Virus record (IMG/VR): IMGVR_UViG_3300025848_000036
From: an uncultured virus (IMG/VR IMGVR_UViG_3300025848_000036)
Lineage: Duplodnaviria; Heunggongvirae; Uroviricota; Caudoviricetes
Length of the DNA: 64,000 nucleotides
Reading direction: 5' to 3' (one strand)
Made by a program: the position numbers and the translations under genes. Numbering within the stretch: the first letter of the stretch is position 1; each line of letters starts with the position of its first letter. Below the pieces are notes generated by a model, which did not search any database, was not told where the DNA came from, and saw only the letters and a list, made by a program, of their open reading frames with translations. Shown here one piece after another: positions 48,651-57,672 of the stretch.

Positions 48651-49047
48651 GTTGCCAAAACTCCTAACAAAAATCCAATAATAGTACATAAAATGCCAAT
48701 AGACCAATAAAATGTTTTTACCATATGATCTCTATTTATTTTATCTACTATCTGTTTAGGTATTTCAATTTCATAATCTTCCTTCTCAGGATGATCTACA
48801 TAATATTTTTTCATTTGTGTTCCTTAAGGTGTCTACTTAATGTTAAATGTGCAAAGTCAGATCGAACCTCAATCTCACGTTTGCAGATTGGGCAAATGAC
48901 AAGTCTATTTATTGTCTTTGCCATATTTCATTTGAATATAACAGACTATCCAGCCAACAACAAAACCTGCCAATATCCATAATGGGTGTAAATAGGTTAC
49001 TTGATTATTCATATAATAAGTATACACTAAAAGCCAGTTGATGTCAA

Positions 49048-49605
49048 CTATAGTTTTACTGAGCGTGAAATTGCATCATTGTATAAACTATAAGACATTG
49101 TAAAATCTATTTCATCAATATTTTTCATTACTTCCAAATATCGTGGCGAACCAACAAAAGATTTTTTATATCCAAATGGATTATTATTATCAAATTCCAT
49201 TACCTTTTCTAAAATGTTATTGCTATCATATTCTCTTTCTATATCAACATTCATTTTTTTTGCAACATCGTAAAAAACTATTTTTGTTTTATTAACTAGA
49301 TCATCATACTTATAAATAACTACATCGTTGTTTTTAATTGTTTCCATAAAACTATTATAATGATTGGTTGCTGATTGAATATCTTGCATTAGTGAAACAT
49401 CTGGCTTTTCTTTAATCATTGTCGATAGCGATGCAACAGAATCTTTGGGATCTCTAGCAATACTAAATACTAAATTGTATGGTGATAAATTTAAATTTGG
49501 TTCTGAATTATTAGTTTGTAAAGATACTTTGGTACAATATAAAAATCCTATATGCAGTAAATTCCTTCCAGTTCTTGGTGGAGTAAAAACTAATGTTTTA
49601 TCCAT
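49048..49605 (-). CDS. Sulfotransferase-like protein
   Basis: TPPRTGRNLL, ARDPKDSVAS, YKYDDL. Confidence 0.6.
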   Translation of the reverse strand: MDKTLVFTPPRTGRNLLHIGFLYCTKVSLQTNNSEPNLNLSPYNLVFSIARDPKDSVASLSTMIKEKPDVSLMQDIQSATNHYNSFMETIKNNDVVIYKYDDLVNKTKIVFYDVAKKMNVDIEREYDSNNILEKVMEFDNNNPFGYKKSFVGSPRYLEVMKNIDEIDFTMSYSLYNDAISRSVKL

Positions 49606-50254
49606 ATTTCTTAACCATTTCATCATATAAAGATTTTAAATTTTGATAAATAGTAATATAAGGAAGTTCCTTTTTTAATCTATCATATATTGGATTCTTT
49701 TCAATATTGTGTGGAGTATGATAAGGTGCTTTAGAAAAATCACCAGTTCCAGAAGTATATAATTTTTTATCTTCATTTTGAATTCCCTGCATGATATTGT
49801 CTGCAGAAATTTCATTTACATATGCAGCATTACAATCATCAAATATTTGTTTAATAACAGAGTTTGGATCAGATTTTAATTTATCAAACATGATTACAGT
49901 TGCTTTATTGTGCTTGTTTTGAAATTCTAAAAACTCCATATATTCATTTACAGCCCTATTAATATTGTAATACACTGACGACATATCTCCAGTAAAACTA
50001 TAATCTGGACCCTTCTGAAAAAAAATTTTATGAATTGTTGAAGATATCACAGTATCTTCTGGATTTCTAAATAGTGTATAGGTCTTCACTTCATCAGTTT
50101 GATCAAAAGCCAAAATTGCTGGGCTATGTAAGTGTGATGAAACTCTCATATCTATTGATTTTGGATTTAACTCAATGGCGGTACTTAAACATCTACTCAA
50201 AAAAGTATTGCCAGAACGAGGAGTAGCAGAAAATAAAAGATAAATCTTATCCAT
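49598..50254 (-). CDS. Sulfotransferase-like protein (leaderless)
   Basis: ATPRSGNTFL, FRNPEDTVIS, MFDKLKSDP. Confidence 0.65.
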   Translation of the reverse strand: MDKIYLLFSATPRSGNTFLSRCLSTAIELNPKSIDMRVSSHLHSPAILAFDQTDEVKTYTLFRNPEDTVISSTIHKIFFQKGPDYSFTGDMSSVYYNINRAVNEYMEFLEFQNKHNKATVIMFDKLKSDPNSVIKQIFDDCNAAYVNEISADNIMQGIQNEDKKLYTSGTGDFSKAPYHTPHNIEKNPIYDRLKKELPYITIYQNLKSLYDEMVKKYG

Positions 50255-50286
50255 ATAACAAGTGTATCATATGGTAAAATATATAT

Positions 50287-50487
50287 ATGTGTCCAATTTG
50301 CAAAAATCAATTGATTCCTATTGTTTACGGAATGGTAGATGATCGTACCCTACGATGGAATAAAGAAGGTAAAATTATTTTGATGGGATATAGGGATAGA
50401 TATAAAGACTCCTATAACTCATATTGTGTTGTTTGTGATGAAGGTTCTGACATTTGGATTCCAAGACCAGATATAGATACTAATTAA
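50287..50487 (+). CDS. Small Zn-ribbon protein (leaderless)
   Basis: CPIC...PIVYG...CVVC. Confidence 0.6.
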   Translation: MCPICKNQLIPIVYGMVDDRTLRWNKEGKIILMGYRDRYKDSYNSYCVVCDEGSDIWIPRPDIDTN

Positions 50488-50633
50488 CCACCGTAATAAT
50501 TTTTACAGTGCTTTTTGCAAACACCAGAAACAGCCAAAATATCATCAATAAGTTCATTATATTCTGCTACATTATCGCAGTAATAACACTTTTCAGGTGG
50601 CCTATCTTCTATTGGAATCATAAAACGATTATA

Positions 50634-53280
50634 TCATAATTCAGGAAGTATTATTCTCCAAGCATCGCCAGTTTCTGGGTCTTCATGCCACAAATAATCC
50701 CAATAAGGAACACCCCTGTCGTCATAATCATCCCAGGCTTCCCCGTTCATATCTAAATCTAATCCGCTTAGATCCATTTTATATATAGTGCCCCACCAGT
50801 CGTATGGATAATTTAAAAATTTATATGTTCTAAATCCAATTTTTTCTTTTATTTCGTCCCAAACGGTGTATCCTTCATTTGACTCATAAATTTGATCATT
50901 TGCCCTTAATCCAATATGAAAAAACCACATTGAAATAGGATGGAATACATAATTTGCTAACCAGCGTAAGGGAAGAACGTTGGTTTTGTGTTCTGGAATA
51001 AAAATATTATCTCTCATTTAATTTCCTTAATTATTTTATACTTTCTATACATGCAGTAATAGCCTTAAACCAATTCTTAGCACCTGGATATTCCATATTA
51101 GCGGTTATCCCACGATTAGCATGTTTGTACCATGTAATAGTTAAACCATTCTTTTTATATACAAAATTTGGAGGACAGCCTTTAGCATGAGGATTATTTT
51201 CGTCTTCATCCCAACCTGCATCACACCAGCAATATGTACGCATTTCAAATACATCGTTGACATACTCTGGTTCACCAGAATTGGAGGTAAGTAAATTTCC
51301 ATACCCATATTGTCCATATGATTGTCCACGGAATTCAGCAATAACCTCAGCAATCATATGAAGTCCATCGGTAGCCCAATCAGCCTCATAAGACTGCATA
51401 GGTGTATTGCTAAGAAGCATTTGTCCTAATTCCATCAAAACTTTCCCTCTAATTCCTTTTTATCTAAACCAAAATAGTTTTCGTGGTATCCATAGGACAT
51501 CTTCTTTAACTTTTTGTCAATTGCTCTCCACATCCCACGTTCGGTATATGCTAAGCCACCCTTACAGGCACGACCCCAATATCCTTCATCTGGCTTTGTA
51601 CCCATCTGATACCACTTCTGAATCTCCCAGAATCTGGCTCTCTTGCCATATCTCCAGTCACGAGTAACTTTAATTATATATTTTGGTCGTTCAATTTTCT
51701 TTTTGCTCATTTCTTTTTACCCTTTTTATTTTTTGCAGGGTTATCATAATTTAAATTTAGCATTCCTTGCTCCAACAATGCTTTGTCCAATATAAAATTA
51801 GGACAGTGATTAACTGCTAAATCGTACACATTTCCACAGTCACCACATTGCCAAGTAATGTCATCTACATTAACAAATAGTCTCATGTATCCATCATAGC
51901 ACTAAGACCCTTGGTTACGCAAGTCTCTATGCTATCTCCGTACCTATGATTAAACATTTGACCAGTCTCCCAAGGAAAGTCATCTTCTACAATTAAATAA
52001 GTGTTGATTGATTCTGGGTCCGTGTCTCCTGAAACTCTACCAATATGATAAGTTTTAATTAGTTTATCATTAACATAAATTGGAATATGAATTGGCATTA
52101 ATTAGGAGCCTTTTCAATCAACTCTGCATAAGCATATGCCCAAGCCTTTGCTTCATCAGATGGATGAGGAAACTCTTCTCGCATTTGTTGTGCTATCTTT
52201 TTTATTACTTGATGTTCGATAACTGGTCTAATTGCATTTTCAATCAGCCAACAGATTTGGCAATTATCTTCGTGTGGATGGTTTATCATTTATTTACCAT
52301 TTCTCGCAATATCAACTGCATCCGCTAATCCATCTGCATAAGTTAAATGTTCTGGATTATCTGTTTTTCTCCAAACAGCAGCAATTTCTTGTGCTACCTG
52401 CTCACGCAGGGCAGTTTCAAGATCATGCAATGTCTTTCTAATTAAAGCATCTTCCATGTTCCCTGCATATTCCATCAAAAGTTGTAGAGTTAATTGTTCT
52501 TTATCCATTTACTTTTCTCAATTCTGCTTTTAGTTCTCTTTTAATAGTTTTCCATTCATGTTCATGATAATACCAACGATTAGCATGATCATTAATAGCA
52601 TAGGCTTCTACTTCTTCTGCAGTTCCCCAGAAAATCCCCTTAACAATTTCTTCTTTTAATTCTTCAACCTGTTCATCGTTTTCACAACCTTCAAGGGCAT
52701 CGCAATAAGAGCATGATCCATATCCAACTACAGTAAATCCAAATTTATTACCATTTTTGAGCAGGTATACATAATCACCCTGCCAATCACCAATATTCCA
52801 GTCTTTAATAATGGTTCCAGCAGATGCAACTAAAGAGTCATAAGACTCTGATGGATAATAATATTCTTCGCTCATAACTTTCCTAACATATATTTAATTC
52901 GTCTTAATATTGACTTAGATTCAAAACACTCAGGATGAATGTCATACCCATACTCTGCATATTGTCCAAGGGCATAATTCCAAGCATCTTGCCACTTTTC
53001 AAATTTTTTATCAGTAATTTCAGCCTCTGGCATAATCTGTTCATCATTTTCATCAGTATCAGAAGCAAATCCTATTACCGCAGCATATCCACCAAGTGGA
53101 TGTTTGCGTACTATATAAAAATTATCTGCGCTCATTTTTTAATAACTCTTTTGCTTGCTCTGGATCATTAAGATCGACATTCATTGTGATGCAATACACA
53201 TATTCTCCACGCATGCCTAGCATCCAGGCAACGGTATTTAATATTTTAGATTTCCATCTAGGCATTGCTAATATTTCCAT
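50634..53280 (-). other. Operon of small hypothetical genes (50634-51017, 51031-51438, 51435-51710, 51883-52098, 52098-52289, 52290-52508, 52501-52875, 52872-53135, first gene starting at 53280)
   Basis: Tightly coupled ORFs headed by a TTGACA...TATACT leaderless promoter at 53287-53316. Confidence 0.65.
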
Positions 53281-53312
53281 AGTTTTAGTATATACCATAC
53301 TAATCTACAATG

Positions 53313-54134
53313 TCAAGCCTTTTGCATTTCTTCTACAAGTCTCCATATCTTAGTAAGGTCTACTTGGTCTGTGTGGATAAGAAACTCTTGAATACCCCAT
53401 TTTTCTGCAATATCTTTTAATTGTTTTACGACTTGCTCATGCGTACCTTTAATTGGGTGTTTATCATGTTTTCTAAATGCATAATCATGATATTCAATAC
53501 TTTCAGGGTCTTGCCCTTCATCAAGAATTAAAGGATCTATAACAAAAAGTAACTTGGCTTTGATTCTAGACATTGTTTCTTCAGTAAGCATGCGATCATT
53601 AATTATGATATAGTCTGCATACTCATTTGCTGTCCTGATTGTGGTATCAGATGCTCCAACCACATATAGCACAGTCCTAAATTCATCTTCTACGCCCAAT
53701 TTTTTATGTTCTTCCAAAAGCACTTTAAATTTTTTCATCCATCTTTCTGTTAATGCAACACGCTTTTCGTGGCTATTAATCAATTCTACATCCCATGGAT
53801 AATCTCTAATAACCTTTTGTTCTATTTCGCCTCTATAGTTGCCACTAATAAGATTAAGATCTAATCTGTGTTTACCCCATCTTTGTGCAGTTACAAACGT
53901 TTTCATGGCATATTCTGGAGACATACCATAAGCAGGCAAAGCAATCATTATTTTAATTTTGACGGTATGCTCAAATATATCTGATAAATGTAATAAAAAA
54001 TCTGTTCCGTATGGACCATATGGCAATAGTACAGATACTATATTCCTGTTTTCTAAAAACATGAACATATCCCTTAAGCCTTTTTTGGTATTGGGCCAAT
54101 TATTTCTATGCATCCAATGGAATTTGTATGCCAC
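53313..54134 (-). CDS. Luciferase-like (LLM) flavin-dependent monooxygenase-like protein
   Basis: SVLLPY, IMIAL..Y.MSPEY, RLDLNLISG, VVGASD...ANEYAD, GTHEQV. Confidence 0.6.
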   Translation of the reverse strand: MAYKFHWMHRNNWPNTKKGLRDMFMFLENRNIVSVLLPYGPYGTDFLLHLSDIFEHTVKIKIMIALPAYGMSPEYAMKTFVTAQRWGKHRLDLNLISGNYRGEIEQKVIRDYPWDVELINSHEKRVALTERWMKKFKVLLEEHKKLGVEDEFRTVLYVVGASDTTIRTANEYADYIIINDRMLTEETMSRIKAKLLFVIDPLILDEGQDPESIEYHDYAFRKHDKHPIKGTHEQVVKQLKDIAEKWGIQEFLIHTDQVDLTKIWRLVEEMQKA

Positions 54135-54138
54135 TAGA

Positions 54139-54690
54139 CTACTCTCCTGATGTGTTTGTTAAATTTCCTAAAATTTCTGTATCAAAAAAGATCATCGCTA
54201 TGTGTGTTCCTGGTTCAAACTTTTTTTCTGGTCTAGAATGCTTAACCCTAGCAGGATAAAATGCTATTGCTTCGTTATCTTTTAATTCATAAGTATTACC
54301 ATTAACAATTATTGGCCAAGAGGTATTTCCACTAAGTTGATAATCAACCATAAAAATATCTGCCTTGTCTTCATGTTCAACAAGGTGTGGTCTTCCATAT
54401 TCTGGGGCATACTCAGTATATCCAGCACGAATAAACCTGACATCAAGCCCTTCTTCGTTGGCAATACTAATAATCTTATCCTTGACATGATCTGGCACTT
54501 CAAGTTCCAATGTGATCTTACCTAAACTAACGTTATGAATTATTTTGTGGGTATCTGTAAATTCAGGTTCTGGCTCTTTAGCAAACTCTTCCCAGCGTTT
54601 AACGGCAGATGTTTCTTTAATTTGATTTGCTTGATTACGCAAATTTAATATGTCATCTTCGGACAATAGTTCTTTGATGTGCTTTTCCAT
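54139..54690 (-). CDS. 2OG-Fe(II) oxygenase-like protein (subfamily B, leaderless)
   Basis: YAPEYGRPHLVEHED, VDYQLSGN, HSR. Confidence 0.65.
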   Translation of the reverse strand: MEKHIKELLSEDDILNLRNQANQIKETSAVKRWEEFAKEPEPEFTDTHKIIHNVSLGKITLELEVPDHVKDKIISIANEEGLDVRFIRAGYTEYAPEYGRPHLVEHEDKADIFMVDYQLSGNTSWPIIVNGNTYELKDNEAIAFYPARVKHSRPEKKFEPGTHIAMIFFDTEILGNLTNTSGE

Positions 54691-54764
54691 ATAAACCATT
54701 ATAGCGTATCTTTAAGTTCGGCGGTAAATAGAAATGTTAACCACCCCATGCTACTACCGTAGCA

Positions 54765-55334
54765 CTATTGGTTAGGAGTTTCTCGTGGCACCCATAATGT
54801 TTCATCACCATTGGCTGCATATCTAGCAAACACAAATAACAGGTCTGATAAACGATTGAGGTATTTTGGTACTAAGGTATTGACTTCAGCACCGTCATTT
54901 GACATATGAACCACAAACGCCATCCAAACATCTCGTTCTGCCCTACGGACAATTGCTCTAGCATTATGCAATAATACTGCTCCTTGTGGTCCAGCAGGCA
55001 GGATAAATGAATGTAAAGGCTCTAGTTGAGAGTTATATTTATCGATTACATCTTCAAGAAATGTGATCTGGCTCTCAATGATTCGTAATCCCTCAGCAGG
55101 AAGCGGTACTGAGAGGTCTGCCCCTAAGTCAAATAGATCATTTTGAACCTGACCAAGAAGAGCGGAGATATAAGGATTAACAAATGTTCGTGCTAGACCA
55201 ATTGCTGAGTTGGCTTCATCCACAGACCCAATAGCCTCAATAAGTGGGCTAATCTTTGCAACTCTTTCGTTGTTACCAATAGAGGTAAGGCCTTCATCGC
55301 CTGTTTTTGTATAGATTTTTGTTAGGTGTACCAT
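54765..55334 (-). CDS. pduO: ATP:cob(I)alamin adenosyltransferase (PduO type)
   Basis: KIYTKTGDEG, GSVDEANS, QNDLFDLGADL, RRAER, YLNRLSDLLF. Confidence 0.93.
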   Translation of the reverse strand: MVHLTKIYTKTGDEGLTSIGNNERVAKISPLIEAIGSVDEANSAIGLARTFVNPYISALLGQVQNDLFDLGADLSVPLPAEGLRIIESQITFLEDVIDKYNSQLEPLHSFILPAGPQGAVLLHNARAIVRRAERDVWMAFVVHMSNDGAEVNTLVPKYLNRLSDLLFVFARYAANGDETLWVPRETPNQ

Positions 55335-55517
55335 AGGTTAAGTTTATCAGATTTGGCACGGTATGTCAACTACGACTCCAACAATCCCTACATTTAGGTA
55401 AAGAATTATTATCTATTCCAATAGCCTTTTTACCACACTCACATATAAAAGTCTTGAATCCCAACAATATAGATAAATCATAGGGGTCATCATCAAGAGC
55501 CACAAGGCCATTATATA

Positions 55518-55646
55518 TTATTCTTCAAATGATATTTGTTGCTCAAACATTTTGTCCTGACATTTTGGACATTGCTTAGTAATGTTATCAGTCCCATAAT
55601 CAACCTTAAACATTACACCACAACTAAAACATAATACATCGAGCAT
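55518..55646 (-). CDS. Small Zn-ribbon protein (leaderless)
   Basis: CFSC...CPKC. Confidence 0.5.
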   Translation of the reverse strand: MLDVLCFSCGVMFKVDYGTDNITKQCPKCQDKMFEQQISFEE

Positions 55647-55673
55647 ATTCTTATTGTAGCATATAATGGTATT

Positions 55674-56006
55674 ATGAACGAGGCTATTTTGTATATTTTG
55701 TATAGTCCAATGCATAGGGCTATCAAAATAGGGATGAGTGATATCTCAGGTAAAAGGTTTGCTCAACATAGGACCAAGGGATGGCTCCTTGTTGCCTATT
55801 GGCATTTTTTCGAACGGGATCGAGCAAGAACCGTAGAATCCCTAGTACTAAAAACACTAAGAGAAAGATATGGACATGACAGGAACCAAGGTTTCCTTGA
55901 TAAGTCAGATATGCCTCAAAATGGATACACTGAGACATTTGATGCTTCAAAGATAACACGCAAAGGTTTGATCCGTATGGTCAATAGAGCGATTAAGGCT
56001 GTTTGA
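55674..56006 (+). CDS. GIY-YIG-like nuclease (leaderless)
   Basis: ILYIL...KIGMS....RFAQH...E...GYTETF. Confidence 0.65.
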   Translation: MNEAILYILYSPMHRAIKIGMSDISGKRFAQHRTKGWLLVAYWHFFERDRARTVESLVLKTLRERYGHDRNQGFLDKSDMPQNGYTETFDASKITRKGLIRMVNRAIKAV

Positions 56007-56160
56007 TACCGCTGGTTTTAGCAGTTATGAGTATATCCACAATCAGGACATTTCTCTCCTGGATTTGCTACACAATCATCACACCAATCTGGTGCATCTT
56101 TCCAAGATTTGCCTAAAGAATCATATTCTGGTTTGTCCATATGTACAGTATATCGTAAAG

Positions 56161-56370
56161 TTATCCACAGGTTCGAATACCCTTGATAATACAGGTTTCA
56201 ACTCCATCCCCATATCTATGTTCAAACTCTCTACCCATACTCCATAGTTCATCGTCCTGGACAACTAGATATTTATTAATGGAATCAGGGTTTGTATCCC
56301 CTGCTATTCGTCCAATATGGTAGGTTTTGATCAGTTTGTCATTGATATAAATTGGAATATGTATAGGCAT
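56161..56370 (-). CDS. Hypothetical protein, paralog of 51883..52098
   Basis: MPIHIPIY.NDKLIKTYHIGR...HRYGD..ETC is shared. Confidence 0.7.
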   Translation of the reverse strand: MPIHIPIYINDKLIKTYHIGRIAGDTNPDSINKYLVVQDDELWSMGREFEHRYGDGVETCIIKGIRTCG

Positions 56371-56411
56371 GGTTTAAGTATATATTGGGATAAGGGGTTT
56401 GTCAAGCATAG

Positions 56412-56431
56412 TTATCCACAAGTTATCCACA
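56412..56431 (+). promoter_or_regulatory. Tandem perfect DnaA boxes (candidate replication origin)
   Basis: TTATCCACA at 56412 and 56423; a third at 56161 and a one-mismatch copy at 56033. Confidence 0.65.
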
Positions 56432-56754
56432 TAAAAATCTTACTGATATTTTTCTTAGATGGGGTTAAAGTGGAGTGAAGTGGAGGATAGTGGGTAATGG
56501 AGCATTTATATCGTAGCGGCTCGTAATGCCAAACCACCTATCCTCATATCCAAACAAAATATCCAAACAATTCCAAACCACATTTGCAGGATTATAGCCC
56601 AAATATCCATATTTGTCAAATAAAAATATATAAGGTTTGGGCATTATACCTGCAAAACCTCTGTTTGTCAAGTATCTTCGTAAAGAAATTTTGAGCAAAA
56701 TGCCCAAATAAATCAAATAATGTTTGATATTATTTTATTTTGTTTGATATTGTT

Positions 56755-57390
56755 TTAAAACATAGAATTTTCTAAAGAAAAGGCTTTTGCAGTAGTATGC
56801 CATATAACTATAGCGTATCTATTGCCAGAGGTTACTTCTGTTGTACCGTGCCAGGTTTGAGACGGGAAGATCGTAATATCGCCTGGTACTGGATCATATA
56901 CAAAACCACCTAAATCCTCAGTGTATAGATCAAAATTACTCTTTCTTTCAAACTCTGACAAATAGGCAATCTTTCCACCTTCAAACTCATTGTTTAAATA
57001 TAATACACTTGAGCAAACTGTTGGATGAATTCCATGCTGATCTTTATGCATTCGTAATTGTAAACCAGGTGTTAGTTTGGTAAGGCTGATTCCTTCTATA
57101 TAGAGATGTGGTCCATCGTAATGGTAATATTCTTTAAATACCGCTTCGGCTCTACGTGCATAATCGTAAAGTTTTTCCATAAGTGGTTTGGGATGTACCG
57201 AAGGAGCAAAATCATTTGGAACATTAGATCTATAAACATCTCCTCGATCGTAGGCTTGACCTATATGTTTCGTAAAGACTTTTGGATCTTCACAATGTTT
57301 GTCTATATAGTCTACCCATTCCTGGGCCTCTGAATCTGAAATAAAATTATTAATGATCTTTATGTCGGGGATCAAGTTTATGCTCCTCAC
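56755..57390 (-). CDS. Prolyl-4-hydroxylase-like 2OG-Fe(II) oxygenase
   Basis: HKD, YLNNEFEGG, HGTTEVTSGNRY. Confidence 0.82.
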   Translation of the reverse strand: MRSINLIPDIKIINNFISDSEAQEWVDYIDKHCEDPKVFTKHIGQAYDRGDVYRSNVPNDFAPSVHPKPLMEKLYDYARRAEAVFKEYYHYDGPHLYIEGISLTKLTPGLQLRMHKDQHGIHPTVCSSVLYLNNEFEGGKIAYLSEFERKSNFDLYTEDLGGFVYDPVPGDITIFPSQTWHGTTEVTSGNRYAIVIWHTTAKAFSLENSMF

Positions 57391-57544
57391 GCCAAGCCTG
57401 GCGGTTGAAAAGGTCGGGGGTATATGAAAAGAACTTAGACAAACCTATAAGATGAGTAAAGGCTACAAAAGCATTAGCAAGATCTCTATCTTCTTGTTTT
57501 GCAGCATTTGGATTATTCATTCTAGAAAAGTGTCTTGGACTCAT
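57350..57544 (-). CDS. Hypothetical protein (leaderless)
   Basis: TGTTATAAT ends 6 nt before ATG57544. Confidence 0.5.
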   Translation of the reverse strand: MSPRHFSRMNNPNAAKQEDRDLANAFVAFTHLIGLSKFFSYTPDLFNRQAWREEHKLDPRHKDH

Positions 57545-57656
57545 AAAATAATTATAACACCATATGTTTGATATGGGGTTTGACAATACCTTCGTAATCT
57601 GGTACAGTAAAGGCTCTTCGTAATAAGGTTTGATACTAATGTTTGATATCGGGGGC

Positions 57657-57672
57657 TGTGACCTAAATCACG
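57657..57672. promoter_or_regulatory. CRP-like box
   Basis: TGTGA-CCTAAA-TCACG. Confidence 0.45.

Noticed and set aside
56465..56716. 83 aa ORF in the putative origin region
   Set aside because: No SD or leaderless promoter and no recognisable motifs; it overlaps short direct repeats, so the region is more likely non-coding.
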